Source: an uncultured Clostridia bacterium (GTDB taxonomy: Bacteria > Bacillota > Clostridia > Christensenellales > Aristaeellaceae). Taken from it: a DNA stretch of 64,000 bases. The stretch is from positions 6,977 through 70,976 of the forward strand of contig CANQEW010000006.1 of assembly GCA_947596085.1 (NCBI GenBank), written 5' to 3'. Positions 1 through 8,644 of the stretch are shown here, piece by piece. Position 1 is the stretch's first letter. Every line of letters begins with the position of its first letter. Below the pieces are notes generated by a model. The model was not told the DNA's origin, did no database searches, and saw only the letters and a program-made list of their open reading frames with translations. Position numbers and translations under genes: made by a program.

Positions 1-583
1 CGGCGACGAGCATCCCATCATCCTCATGTCCGCTTATGATTGGTCGGACATCGAGCAGGAGGCGCGGTTGGCGGGCGTGACGGGATTCATCAGCAAGCCC
101 CTGTTTGCGTCCGATCTGCACCACACGCTGGAGCGCAGCCTGGGCCGCGCGGCGGAGACCGCCGCCGCGAAGCGAGAGCCGGAACAGGAATTCGTCGGCA
201 GACACATCCTGCTGGCCGAGGATAACGACCTGAACCGGGAGATCGCCGTGGAACTGCTGCAGGAGGCGGGATTCGTCGTGGATTGCGCCGAAAACGGCCG
301 GCAGGCGTGCGACATGGTGCGCCGGTCCGCGCCGGGCGGCTACGATCTGGTGCTGATGGATATTCAGATGCCCCTCATGAACGGCTACGAGGCCACGCGC
401 GCCATCCGCGATCTGGAGGATCCCGCGCTGGCGAATATCCCCATCATTGCCATGACCGCCAACGCCTTCGAGGAGGATCGGGAGATGGCGCTGAAGGCCG
501 GCATGAACGGCTATTTGGCCAAACCGGTGGACGTGGAGAAGATGATGGAGCTGCTGGGGAAGCTGTTCCGAAATGAGAATTGA
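1..583 (+). CDS. 3' end of a hybrid sensor histidine kinase: tail of one receiver (REC) domain plus a complete second REC domain; the 5' end lies outside the window
   Basis: The frame is open from nt 2 (GDEHPIILMSAYDW...GFISKPLF is the end of a REC domain). It continues with HILLAEDNDLNREI...DLVLMDIQMPLMNGYEATRAIR...IIAMTANAFEEDREMALKAGMNGYLAKPV, the canonical receiver signature. TGA at 581-583. Confidence 0.8.
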   Translation, partial: GDEHPIILMSAYDWSDIEQEARLAGVTGFISKPLFASDLHHTLERSLGRAAETAAAKREPEQEFVGRHILLAEDNDLNREIAVELLQEAGFVVDCAENGRQACDMVRRSAPGGYDLVLMDIQMPLMNGYEATRAIRDLEDPALANIPIIAMTANAFEEDREMALKAGMNGYLAKPVDVEKMMELLGKLFRNEN

Positions 584-661
584 CCGCGCTGAACGGACGA
601 ATCCCGGCGGATTCTTCAAAAAGACGGAGCCGCGCTTTGCGCCGGAGGAGCCCAGACCGTG

Positions 662-692
662 AAAAAAGGATCGCTACGCGCGACCCTTTTTT
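662..692. terminator. Bidirectional intrinsic terminator between the kinase gene (+) and gltX (-)
   Basis: AAAAAA-GGATCGC-tac-GCGCGACCC-TTTTTT: an imperfect GC hairpin with an A6 tract on one side and a T6 tract on the other. Confidence 0.6.
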
Positions 693-695
693 CGC

Positions 696-733
696 AACCG
701 AAGCCCGGAGGCGAGCGCCTCCGAGCTTCGGTT
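696..733. terminator. Second long GC-rich hairpin in the convergent intergenic region
   Basis: AACCGAAGCCCGGAGGCG / CGCCTCCGAGCTTCGGTT, an 18-nt inverted repeat with one mismatch. Confidence 0.5.
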
Positions 734-753
734 CGTTGATTGAGAACGATTTT

Positions 754-2238
754 CTATGCCAGCCGCGCCAGCGCCGCGTTCAGGCGCTCGAGCGTCTCGT
801 CCCTGCCCAGCAGATAGGCGATTTCAAACGCGCCGCCAGGGGTGGATTGCTGGCCGGAGATGGCAATGCGCAGCGGCCAGAGCACCTGGCCGTTCTTCAT
901 GCCGGAGGCGGGAATCGCGGCCATCACCACGTCGTGCAGGTTCGTTTCCGTCCAATCGGAGATGCCCTCCAGCACGGGTTTGACGAACTCCAGCGCCGCC
1001 TTCGCGCTCTCGACGGTGCTCTTCTGCTTCTTGTTGGCGAAGTAATCCAGCGGGAAGTCCGGAAGCTCCGCCAGGAAGCGCACCATGCCGGGGAGCTGAT
1101 TGAATACTTCGGTGCGGCCCTGCAGCAGCTTGCCCAGGCGATGAAAGTCGAACTTCGCGGGATCGAGCGCCTTGGAGAGCCAGGGCGTCGCCAGCTCCAG
1201 ATACTTCTCCGGGGAGAGCTTGTGGATGTACTCGGCGTTGAACCAGTTGAGCTTCGCCTGATCGAACACCGACGGGCTCTTGCTCAAGCCCTCGAGATCG
1301 AAAACTTCCTCCAGCTCCTTCAGCGTGAAGAACTCTCGCTCGCCGCGCGGGCTCCATCCCAGCAGCGCCAAGTAATTGATGACGGCCTCGGTCAGGTATC
1401 CCTGCGCCAGCAGATCCTCGAAGGATGGGTCGCCCTTGCGCTTGGACATCTTGCGCTTGATGGCGGTGGGATTGCCGTTCTCATCGGCCGGGCCCGGCAC
1501 TTCCACCATCACCGGCGTGAGGTGCACGTACTTGGGCGGCTCCCAGCCGAAGGCCTCGTAGAGAAGATTATACTTGGGCGCGGAGGACAGATACTCGTTG
1601 CCGCGCATCACGTGGGTGATGCCCATCAGATGGTCGTCTACCACGTTGGCGAAGTTGTAGGTGGGCAGGCCGTCGGCCTTGATCAGCACGTTGTCGTCCA
1701 GCGTGTCACAGTCCACCTCCACGCGGCCGTAGATCACGTCGTCAAAGCCCGCCTTGCCCTCGGTGGGGATGTTCTGGCGCACGACGTGAGGCACGCCCGC
1801 GTCCAGCTTGGCCTGAATCTCCTCCCTGGACAGATGCAGGCAGTGCTTGTCGTATTTGAAGGTCTCGCCCCGCTTCTCGGCCTCGGCGCGGGCCTCGTCC
1901 AGCCGCTCTTTGGAGCAGAAGCAGTAATAGGCGTGGCCGGAGGCGATCAGCTTTTCGGCCCACGGCCGGTAGGTGTCCCGTCGCTCGGACTGTATGTAGG
2001 GGCCGCAGGGGCCGCCCACGTCGGGACCCTCGTCGTGGGTCAGCCCGGCGGTGGCGAGGGAGTTGTAGATCACGTCCACCGCGCCCTCGACCTCGCGGTC
2101 CTGATCGGTGTCCTCGATGCGCAGTATGAACTTGCCTCCATTGCGGCGGGCGAAGAGGTAGGTGTAGAGCGCGGTGCGCAGGTTGCCCAGGTGCATGTAG
2201 CCCGTGGGACTGGGAGCGAAGCGAGTGCGTACCTCCAT
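754..2238 (-). CDS. gltX: Glutamate--tRNA ligase
   Basis: MEVRTRFAPSPTGYMHLGNLRTALY (HIGH-type motif) and a KMSKRKG (KMSKS) loop. The ATG at 2238 lies 11 nt after AGGAG. The track's TTG start at 2247 has no RBS spacing. Confidence 0.95.
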   Translation of the reverse strand: MEVRTRFAPSPTGYMHLGNLRTALYTYLFARRNGGKFILRIEDTDQDREVEGAVDVIYNSLATAGLTHDEGPDVGGPCGPYIQSERRDTYRPWAEKLIASGHAYYCFCSKERLDEARAEAEKRGETFKYDKHCLHLSREEIQAKLDAGVPHVVRQNIPTEGKAGFDDVIYGRVEVDCDTLDDNVLIKADGLPTYNFANVVDDHLMGITHVMRGNEYLSSAPKYNLLYEAFGWEPPKYVHLTPVMVEVPGPADENGNPTAIKRKMSKRKGDPSFEDLLAQGYLTEAVINYLALLGWSPRGEREFFTLKELEEVFDLEGLSKSPSVFDQAKLNWFNAEYIHKLSPEKYLELATPWLSKALDPAKFDFHRLGKLLQGRTEVFNQLPGMVRFLAELPDFPLDYFANKKQKSTVESAKAALEFVKPVLEGISDWTETNLHDVVMAAIPASGMKNGQVLWPLRIAISGQQSTPGGAFEIAYLLGRDETLERLNAALARLA

Positions 2239-2390
2239 GAATGTCAAAACTCCTTTATCGTAAAGTGATTCGCGAAAAACCGAGCGCTTTCCGCGAGGCG
2301 GGCAAGGCCGCGGTTTTCTGAAAGCCGCGATTTTTCAGGCGCGGGCTCAGGCGGCAGGCATGATTTTTCCCGCGCCTTTGCTTCGAGGAA

Positions 2391-2423
2391 ACCAAATCTG
2401 ACGTGCGCGCCGTCAGATTTGGT
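2391..2423 (-). terminator. Hairpin downstream of galM
   Basis: ACCAAATCTGACG-N7-CGTCAGATTTGGT, a perfect 13-bp stem. Only a short U run follows on the minus strand. Confidence 0.5.
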
Positions 2424-2452
2424 GGAACATGCCGCGCCTGGAGCGGGTCGCC

Positions 2453-3526
2453 TTATTCTTCGTCCGTGCAGAACGCGAATACGGTGGTGAAGTCGTACTT
2501 CTCGCCGGCGCGCAGCACGCTGTCCGGGAAGTTCGGATGGTGGATGGAGTCCGGCGCGTACTGGGTTTCGAGGCAGAAACCCTCAAAGGGCTCGTATACC
2601 TTGCCGCTGACGCTGGGATGCTTGCCGTGCAGGCTGCAGCCCGCGTAGAACTGCATGGCGGGCATGTCGGTGAACACGTCCATCACGCGTCCGCTTACGG
2701 GCGCGCTGACGCTCGCGGCAAAGCGCAGACCGATCTCCGGATCGTTGATGTTGAAGTTGTGATCCACGCCGCCGCCGTAGCGGAGCTGATCGTTCGATTC
2801 GGTCTGGTCGATCACGTTGCCCAGGCGGGTGGGATTGCGGAAATCGAAGGGCGTGCCCGTCACGTCCGCGTTCTCGCCGGTGGGGATCAGGTCGGGGTCG
2901 CCCACGGTCACGGTGTCGGCGTTGATCTCAAACACGTGGTCGAGCACCTTGCCGCTGCCCTCGCCCTCCAGATTGAAGTAGGAGTGGTTGGTCAGGCTGC
3001 ACAGCGTGTCCTGGTCGGAGACGGCCTCGTAGTGGATGATGAGCTCGTTCTCGTCGGTGAAGGTGTAGGTGACCATCACCTTGAGGGTGCCGGGGTAGCC
3101 CTCCTCGCCGTCGGGACTGATGTAGCGCAGGATCAGCGAATCCTCGCAGATGCCCTCCAGCGGCGTGGCGTCCCAGAACTTCGAATCGAAGCCCTCGTTG
3201 CCGCCGTGCAGGTGATTCTTGCCCTTCTCGTTCTTTGCCAGATGCAGCGCCTTGCCGGACACGGTGCACTCGCCGCCCGCGATGCGGTTGCCCACGCGGC
3301 CGATCAGCGCGCCCATGTAGCCGGTGCGGGGCACGTAGCCGGACACGTCGCCGAAGCCCAGCAGCACGTTGCCGAGTTTGCCGTCGCGGTCGGGGACGTT
3401 GATGGCGCAGAGGATTCCACCGTAGTTGGTGATCTCCACGGACGCGCCGGAGGCGTTCTTCAGGATGTACTTATCCGCTTCGCGGCCGTCGGGCAGTCTG
3501 CCGAAGCCGGTCTTGGTGATGCTCAT
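2453..3526 (-). CDS. galM: Aldose 1-epimerase (galactose mutarotase family)
   Basis: MSITKTGFGRLPDGREADKY...GNRIAGG...HLHGGNEGFDSKFW...FCLETQ, family motifs recognised by eye. GGAGGAGG RBS before the ATG at 3526. The upstream 146 codons of the 503-aa track ORF are shadow sequence. Confidence 0.9.
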   Translation of the reverse strand: MSITKTGFGRLPDGREADKYILKNASGASVEITNYGGILCAINVPDRDGKLGNVLLGFGDVSGYVPRTGYMGALIGRVGNRIAGGECTVSGKALHLAKNEKGKNHLHGGNEGFDSKFWDATPLEGICEDSLILRYISPDGEEGYPGTLKVMVTYTFTDENELIIHYEAVSDQDTLCSLTNHSYFNLEGEGSGKVLDHVFEINADTVTVGDPDLIPTGENADVTGTPFDFRNPTRLGNVIDQTESNDQLRYGGGVDHNFNINDPEIGLRFAASVSAPVSGRVMDVFTDMPAMQFYAGCSLHGKHPSVSGKVYEPFEGFCLETQYAPDSIHHPNFPDSVLRAGEKYDFTTVFAFCTDEE

Positions 3527-3562
3527 AGTCGTAACCTCCTCCAAGGATTTTCTTCCTATCCC

Positions 3563-3591
3563 ATGATACAACCAAATCGCCCGGATTTCAA
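3563..3591 (-). promoter_or_regulatory. Sigma-A-type promoter for galM
   Basis: Minus strand reads TTGAAA-17 nt-TATCAT, about 35 nt upstream of the galM RBS. Confidence 0.5.
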
Positions 3592-3615
3592 GCCCCCGGC
3601 GGCTTTTTCTCCGGC

Positions 3616-3644
3616 TTGACTTTGCGCGGAAGCAACGGTATAAT
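3616..3644 (+). promoter_or_regulatory. Sigma-A-type promoter for the TSCPD gene pair
   Basis: TTGACT-17 nt-TATAAT. Confidence 0.6.
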
Positions 3645-3670
3645 AAAATGTATGAAGGGGAGGAATGACT

Positions 3671-3931
3671 ATGTTTCAGTATAGAACGCACGGCACCTGC
3701 TCCCAGCAGATTCTGTTGGATATCGACGGCGACGTGATCCGCAAGGTGGAGTTCGTCGGCGGCTGCAGGGGCAACACGCAAGGGTTGGCCCGGCTGGCTG
3801 AGGGCATGAAGGTGGACGAAGTAATCGCGCGTTGCAAGGGCATCCTGTGCCAGCCGACCACGTCCTGTCCGGATCAGCTCGCGCGGGCGCTGGAACTGTA
3901 CAAGGCGGAGAGGGAGAAGGCCCAGGGATGA
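3671..3931 (+). CDS. Small TSCPD-domain protein (TIGR03905-like four-Cys protein)
   Basis: MFQYRTHGTCSQQILLDIDGDVIRKVEFVGGCRGNTQG...CQPTTSCPDQLARAL carries the TSCPD motif. The ATG at 3671 has 6-nt spacing from GGAGGA; the ATG at 3665 has none. Confidence 0.75.
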   Translation: MFQYRTHGTCSQQILLDIDGDVIRKVEFVGGCRGNTQGLARLAEGMKVDEVIARCKGILCQPTTSCPDQLARALELYKAEREKAQG

Positions 3932-4536
3932 ACCGCAGGGAAGATTCCGGAGCGAAGCGTTCATACGCGCCGAACATGGCGGCGCCGCCGAAGCGGCGGA
4001 GGAGCAACCGCGGCCTGCTGGGCGTGATACTGACGCTGGTGTTGCCCCCGCTGGGTATGATCTATCTGTGGCGCGAGGGCGTGTTCCGCACGCGCGGCAG
4101 AGTGGTGCTCACCGCTCTGGGCACGGTGATCCTGACGGTGTGGTGCGTGCTCCTGCTGCCGACGCAGCAGCTTCGAAGCGATGTGCCCGTGCCGGTGGCC
4201 CCGGCGCTGGTGACCATCGCTCCGGACGATGGTACGGCGTCGGCGCTCTCCAATCTGGACGAGCTGCTGGCCGTGCGCCAGGCGGAGCGCGACGCAGCCG
4301 CGGGCATCACGCCGGAACCCGTCGCCACCGACAGCGCGGAGTTTCTGGCGGAGCAGCAGGCGATTCTGCAGACGATCGTGTACTCGGTCTACGGCGACAG
4401 CGCGCGCTATTACCACGTCGCTCCCGTGTGCGGCACGCAGTCCAACCGCCGGGAGCTGACGATCGAGGAGGCCATGCGCAACGGCATGGGCCCCTGTCCG
4501 AACTGCAATCCGCCGATTTATGAGGGCCCGTGGTAA
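3928..4536 (+). CDS. Membrane protein (two predicted TM helices) with a C-terminal Cys-rich motif; function unknown
   Basis: The start overlaps the previous stop (ATGA) and is preceded by GGAGAAGG. Hydrophobic segments LLGVILTLVLPPLGMIYLW and VVLTALGTVILTVWCVLLL. C-terminus is YYHVAPVCG...GMGPCPNCNPP. Confidence 0.55.
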   Translation: MNRREDSGAKRSYAPNMAAPPKRRRSNRGLLGVILTLVLPPLGMIYLWREGVFRTRGRVVLTALGTVILTVWCVLLLPTQQLRSDVPVPVAPALVTIAPDDGTASALSNLDELLAVRQAERDAAAGITPEPVATDSAEFLAEQQAILQTIVYSVYGDSARYYHVAPVCGTQSNRRELTIEEAMRNGMGPCPNCNPPIYEGPW

Positions 4537-4585
4537 ACTGGTAGAATAAGACAGCAATTGTCGAATTAAAGTCATAATAATATTC

Positions 4586-4615
4586 TTGACGAACACATGG
4601 AACCAAAGCTATGAT
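4586..4615 (+). promoter_or_regulatory. Sigma-A-type promoter for the zinc-ribbon/PG-binding protein gene
   Basis: TTGACG-18 nt-TATGAT. Confidence 0.5.
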
Positions 4616-4640
4616 GTAATGTAGAATGGTTCTATGTGTT
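4592..4640. repeat. 13-nt inverted repeat bracketing the -10 box
   Basis: AACACATGGAACC (4592-4604) and GGTTCTATGTGTT (4628-4640) match at 12 of 13 positions, and TTTT follows. This is either an operator or a large-loop terminator for the upstream gene. Confidence 0.5.
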
Positions 4641-4681
4641 TTTGTATCCACGTATAAGATACGGATCGAGGAGGCCATGCG

Positions 4682-6274
4682 ATGTTTTGTTCAAAGTGCG
4701 GGAAAACCATCCACGAGAGTGACGTCGAATGTCCGCATTGCCATGCGGCAATCGGTGAAAATCGTTTTGGCGGTACCCCGTATACGTCCGCGCAGTTCGT
4801 TATTCATCCGGGTCAGAAGAAGTTTGAGCCGGTAAACGACTATACGCGCACCACTTATACTACAAAGGGAGAGACGGCCGAGGACGACAGCGCGGTGGAC
4901 AGCCGCACCACCTATCGCCCGGTATATCAGAATCGCCCGGTGCCGGAGGCCGTGAAGGCGGAGATTCGAAACGGCCTGAAGATTGAAAAGAAGAATGGCC
5001 CGAAGGTCGGCGACGTGGTGGAGGATGATGACAGCGTCGCGAACTTCATACCCGGCGTGCCGCTTTCGAAGGCCGCGCAGGAGACGCTCAGCGAGCTCGA
5101 TGAGGAGCTCAAGCCCGAGGAACAGATTGACCGCTCCCAGTTCATGAGCCGTCCGATCCAGTCCACTGGCCGCGCGGGCATCTCCCGGGATGTGAGCGAA
5201 TACATACGCCAGCTCGAGGACAATCAGAACCGCAAGGCGGCTTCGCGTCGCCGAGGCCAGAATGTCTACGACGACTACGCGCCGACCGACGAAAACTACG
5301 CGCCTCAGACCGACGAGTATGCGGAGCAGGGCGAGTACGAGGAGGGCTACGAGGACGTTGACGAGGGCGAGTACGCGTACGACGACCGCCGCTTCCCCTT
5401 CAGCGTGAGCCAGATCATCAAGATTGTGGTGGCGCTGATCGCGGTGGCCGCGCTGGCGTTCGGCCTGATTACGTGGATCCGCTACGTGCGCGGCAACCAG
5501 AGCTCCGCGCCCATCGAGGGCGTCAGCGAGTCGCTCTATGAGCAGGGCATCGAGCTGATCCGCAGCCACGCGGACAGCACCTACGTCGATTCCCTGGTGT
5601 CGACCTACGCCAACGACGGCTTGATCTCCACCACGGCGAAGATTGAGGAAGGCAAGAGCGCCATCAACGCGCTGCTGCCCGCGGAGCCCGCCGCCAACGA
5701 TCAGACCTTCATCGACGCGCTGCTGAAGATCGAGGATAACATCGGCAACGCCGTGATCATGGATGGCATCGCCCGGGCGAGCGGCAATCCCGAAGAGAGC
5801 GCCGCTTCCTCCGAAGCCAACTGGCAGCTGGTAAACGGAGCCATCACCCAACTTGAAAACGCGACGGCTGCCGCTGAGTTGACCGCGATCATCAACGGTC
5901 AGACGATCACCGTGCAGAGCGCGACGCCGCCGCCAACGGAGCCGCCCAAGACCTACAACACGCTCTCCAAGGGCGACGAGAACAGCGAGGTCATGCAGCT
6001 GCAGGTGCGGCTGTACAACCTGGGCTATCTGAACGACAACCGGGACGGCGTGTACGGCAGCAAGACGGCCACGGCGGTGGGTCTGTTCCAGCAGACCGTC
6101 GGCCTGGAGGCCACCATGATCGCCGACAACGAGACGCAGACGCGCCTGTACGCGGACGACGCGCCCTATGCGCCCGGCGCGACCACCCCGTCTCCCGCGC
6201 CCACCGCCGCGCCCACGCCCGAGCCCACGGAGGCGATGATCCAGCCCGCCGAGGCGGATGGAGACGCGGTCTGA
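4682..6274 (+). CDS. Zinc-ribbon / acidic linker / single-TM / peptidoglycan-binding-domain protein
   Basis: N-terminal CSKCG...CPHC zinc ribbon; TM segment IIKIVVALIAVAALAFGLITWI; C-terminal PG_binding_1-like LSKGDENSEVMQLQVRLYNLGYL...GVYGSKTATAVGLFQQTVGL. GAGGAGG RBS. Confidence 0.7.
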   Translation: MFCSKCGKTIHESDVECPHCHAAIGENRFGGTPYTSAQFVIHPGQKKFEPVNDYTRTTYTTKGETAEDDSAVDSRTTYRPVYQNRPVPEAVKAEIRNGLKIEKKNGPKVGDVVEDDDSVANFIPGVPLSKAAQETLSELDEELKPEEQIDRSQFMSRPIQSTGRAGISRDVSEYIRQLEDNQNRKAASRRRGQNVYDDYAPTDENYAPQTDEYAEQGEYEEGYEDVDEGEYAYDDRRFPFSVSQIIKIVVALIAVAALAFGLITWIRYVRGNQSSAPIEGVSESLYEQGIELIRSHADSTYVDSLVSTYANDGLISTTAKIEEGKSAINALLPAEPAANDQTFIDALLKIEDNIGNAVIMDGIARASGNPEESAASSEANWQLVNGAITQLENATAAAELTAIINGQTITVQSATPPPTEPPKTYNTLSKGDENSEVMQLQVRLYNLGYLNDNRDGVYGSKTATAVGLFQQTVGLEATMIADNETQTRLYADDAPYAPGATTPSPAPTAAPTPEPTEAMIQPAEADGDAV

Positions 6275-6291
6275 CGACGAAGAATGAGAGC

Positions 6292-6321
6292 GAGCGGCCT
6301 TCCTGGGAAGGCCGCTCTTTT
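6292..6321 (+). terminator. Intrinsic terminator
   Basis: GAGCGGCCTTC-ctgg-GAAGGCCGCTC followed by TTTT. Confidence 0.8.
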
Positions 6322-6338
6322 GCAAAGGAGGCGGAAAT

Positions 6339-7247
6339 ATGGGAAGGCCCATCGTCGCACTGATTTACGATTTTGATATGACGCTGTCGCCCCAGAACAT
6401 GCAGGAGTTCACCTTTCTGCCGGGCATCAACGTGGAGCCGGACGCTTTCTGGGGCGCGTGCCGGGAGTTCTCGCTGGCGCACCAGATGGACGGCATTTTG
6501 AGCTACATGTACATGATGCAGCACATGGCGCAGGGCAACATGGAGCTCACCCGGGAAACCCTGCGCGGCCTGGGCGAGGGCGTGGAGTTTTACCCCGGTG
6601 TAGAGGACTGGTTCGGCCGCATCCGCGAGATCGGCGACGCGCTGGATATGGACGTGGAACATTACATTATTTCCTCGGGATTGACGGAGATCATCGAGGG
6701 CTCGCGCATCGGACGTGAGTTCAAGGCGGTGTTCGCCGCGTCGTTCTGCTACGACGAGGCGGGCCGGCCCATTTGGCCCTCGTCGGCGGTGAACTACACC
6801 TCCAAGACCCAGTATCTCTTCCGCATCAACAAGGGCATACTGGACGTGACCAACGATGCGGACCTGAACGCCTATACGCCGGAGTACAAGCGGCGCATTC
6901 CCTTTTCCAATATGATCTACATCGCCGACGGACTGACGGACGTTCCCTGCATGAAGATGACAAAGCAAAAGGGCGGCTACTCCATCGCGGTGCACCCGCC
7001 AGGGAGCACGGAGCTTGCGGACGACATGCTGCTGCAGGGCCGCGCGGACTTTTCGGTCGAGACGGATTACACCGCCGGCAGCGAACTGGAGCGCATCGTG
7101 GCGATGCTGATGCGCCGCATACGGGCTTCGAGCGACCTGTCCGTGGAGCACGCGCTGCAGGTGCAGCGCGCGCACGGCCGTCGCGGCGAGCGCGTACCGC
7201 TGGACATTCCTCTGCGCGGCGGGTTGGACGTTGAGGAGAAGGAATAG
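6339..7247 (+). CDS. HAD-superfamily hydrolase-like protein
   Basis: N-terminal IYDFDMTLS (DxDxT motif) and later IYIADGLTDVPCM (the DD/GD motif region). AGGAGG RBS. Confidence 0.75.
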   Translation: MGRPIVALIYDFDMTLSPQNMQEFTFLPGINVEPDAFWGACREFSLAHQMDGILSYMYMMQHMAQGNMELTRETLRGLGEGVEFYPGVEDWFGRIREIGDALDMDVEHYIISSGLTEIIEGSRIGREFKAVFAASFCYDEAGRPIWPSSAVNYTSKTQYLFRINKGILDVTNDADLNAYTPEYKRRIPFSNMIYIADGLTDVPCMKMTKQKGGYSIAVHPPGSTELADDMLLQGRADFSVETDYTAGSELERIVAMLMRRIRASSDLSVEHALQVQRAHGRRGERVPLDIPLRGGLDVEEKE

Positions 7248-7379
7248 GCATGAACCCGCCCTGCGCCTTGCGAATGGAGGGATACGATAGAATTCGGCAA
7301 AAAAGTCCGCGTTTCACGTACAGACCGGCGCCGCCCAATAAAAAAATGCGCAACTTTCCGAAAGGATTTCGATGGGTCC

Positions 7380-7408
7380 TTGACAAATAGCCCTAAGAAG
7401 CGTATGAT
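7380..7408 (+). promoter_or_regulatory. Sigma-A-type promoter for the Lrp/AsnC regulator gene
   Basis: TTGACA-17 nt-TATGAT. The track ORF start at 7380 is in fact the -35 box. Confidence 0.6.
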
Positions 7409-7439
7409 ATATATGGAAAGTGACGGAGGTGTTAAACTT

Positions 7440-7880
7440 ATGGACAGCACCGATCTCAAGATTATCTCCATGTTGAAGAAAAACGCGCGCATATCGGCGT
7501 CGGCGATCGCCAAGGAGGTCGGTTTGGCCGTTTCCTCCGTAACCGAACGCATGCGCAGGCTTGAGACCCAGGGCGTAATTTTGCAGTATACCGCCATCGT
7601 GGACAATTCCAAGATCGAGGGCGGCATCACGGCCATGATCGGCATCAAGATCGAACATACCCGCTACATCGACAAGCTGGCGGACATCATCTCGAGCGAT
7701 TCCCACGTGGTTTCGTTCTACGTCCTCACCGGCGATTTGGACTATATCGCGATGATCTACGCGGTGTCCACGGAGGAATTCCGGCAGGTGCATCGCTCCA
7801 TCGCGGGCCTGGAGGGCGTGGCGGCCGTCAAGACATACTACATACTCAGCACGAAATCCAACGAGGAGCGGGGCGAGTGA
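7440..7880 (+). CDS. Lrp/AsnC family transcriptional regulator
   Basis: MDSTDLKIISMLKKNARISASAIAKEVGLAVSSVTERMRRLETQGVI (HTH) followed by an AsnC-type ligand domain. GGAGG lies about 10 nt upstream of the ATG at 7440. Confidence 0.9.
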   Translation: MDSTDLKIISMLKKNARISASAIAKEVGLAVSSVTERMRRLETQGVILQYTAIVDNSKIEGGITAMIGIKIEHTRYIDKLADIISSDSHVVSFYVLTGDLDYIAMIYAVSTEEFRQVHRSIAGLEGVAAVKTYYILSTKSNEERGE

Positions 7881-7891
7881 CCGCATTGCGA

Positions 7892-7924
7892 AAGGGGCGG
7901 GAATCCAAGCGATTCCCGCCCCTT
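7892..7924. terminator. Bidirectional terminator hairpin
   Basis: AAGGGGCGGGAATC-caagc-GATTCCCGCCCCTT, a perfect 14-bp stem between convergent genes. Confidence 0.7.
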
Positions 7925-7938
7925 CGTCTGCGCGCCCG

Positions 7939-8640
7939 TCAGAGCGTGCGCAGAAGCTTTACGCAGCGGCCCAGCACGCGCACCTCGGGCGCAGGGGCCA
8001 CGGCAGCCTCGAATTCCCGGTCGAAGGCCTGAAGCTGAATGCGCATGCCGTCCAGCTTCTGCAGCTTGCGCACGACGCGTCGCCCCTTGAACTCCACCAG
8101 CATCAGTGCGCCGTCCTGCGCGTGCGTTTCCGGCACGGTGAGCAGCAAGTCGCCCGCGTGCACGCGGAAGCCGCGCAGGCTGTCGTCCGGCGCGCGGAAG
8201 TAGAGCACCTTGTCCGGCGCGCCGCCCTCGATCTTTCCGCCGATGATCGGGGTGAGCACGTGGTCGATCACCACGCCCTTCTCGTCCATCACCGGTACGC
8301 GGCGCACCACGCCGCCCAGCGCGTCCAGCCAGGCGTCCGTGGCCTCGTCCGAGGCCTTCTGCTGCTCCGGGGGAACGCCCTCGGCGGGCAGCACGTAGGC
8401 GCGCGGCCGGGGGCGCAGCTTGACCTCCGGCTCGGCGGCGACCTCCAGCTCTGTGGAGATGGGGTTCTCCGCGCCCAACAATTTCAGGATGCGCTGGGCC
8501 TGATCGTCCGATACGATGCGCCTGCCCGATTCGATGTCCTTGATGACGTTCTCCGCCATGCCGCACTTGCGGCCCAGCTGCTTCTCCGTAAGCTTCGCGT
8601 TCAGGCGTGCCTTATGGATGGCGTCTCCCAATCGACTCAT
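7939..8640 (-). CDS. XRE-family HTH protein with a C-terminal LexA/CI-like (S24-type) domain
   Basis: MSRLGDAIHKARLNAKLTEKQLGRKCGMAENVIKDIESG (HTH_3-like). The C-terminus DDSLRGFRVHAGDLLLTV...RVVRKL resembles the Ser...Lys dyad region of S24 peptidases. GGAGGA RBS overlaps the rluD stop. Confidence 0.7.
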   Translation of the reverse strand: MSRLGDAIHKARLNAKLTEKQLGRKCGMAENVIKDIESGRRIVSDDQAQRILKLLGAENPISTELEVAAEPEVKLRPRPRAYVLPAEGVPPEQQKASDEATDAWLDALGGVVRRVPVMDEKGVVIDHVLTPIIGGKIEGGAPDKVLYFRAPDDSLRGFRVHAGDLLLTVPETHAQDGALMLVEFKGRRVVRKLQKLDGMRIQLQAFDREFEAAVAPAPEVRVLGRCVKLLRTL

Positions 8641-8644
8641 GATT

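Noticed and set aside
580-2268. A 562-aa plus-strand ORF antisense to gltX. Similar long antisense or out-of-frame ORFs include 15750-17126(-), 25019-27091(+), 27195-29042(-), 38364-40136(+), 42614-44128(-), 44001-45821(-), 52953-54674(+) and 60558-62432(+).
   Set aside because: Each lies opposite a gene with unmistakable family motifs. The translations are low-complexity and rich in R, A, G, H and V, have no recognisable motifs and lack RBS-linked starts. This is the usual shadow-ORF artefact of roughly 65 % GC DNA.
2239-2390. A possible T-box or other leader upstream of gltX.
   Set aside because: The region holds only small GC hairpins with no T-box core sequence, and part of it is the galM terminator.
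2453-3964. N-terminal extensions of several track ORFs: galM 503 aa, hpf 277 aa, pyk 516 aa, pepT 634 aa, sepF 302 aa, yggS 275 aa, and the aldolase gene from 45520.
   Set aside because: The canonical family N-termini begin at internal starts that have GGAGG-type RBSs at correct spacing. The extensions overlap neighbouring genes, promoters or terminators.
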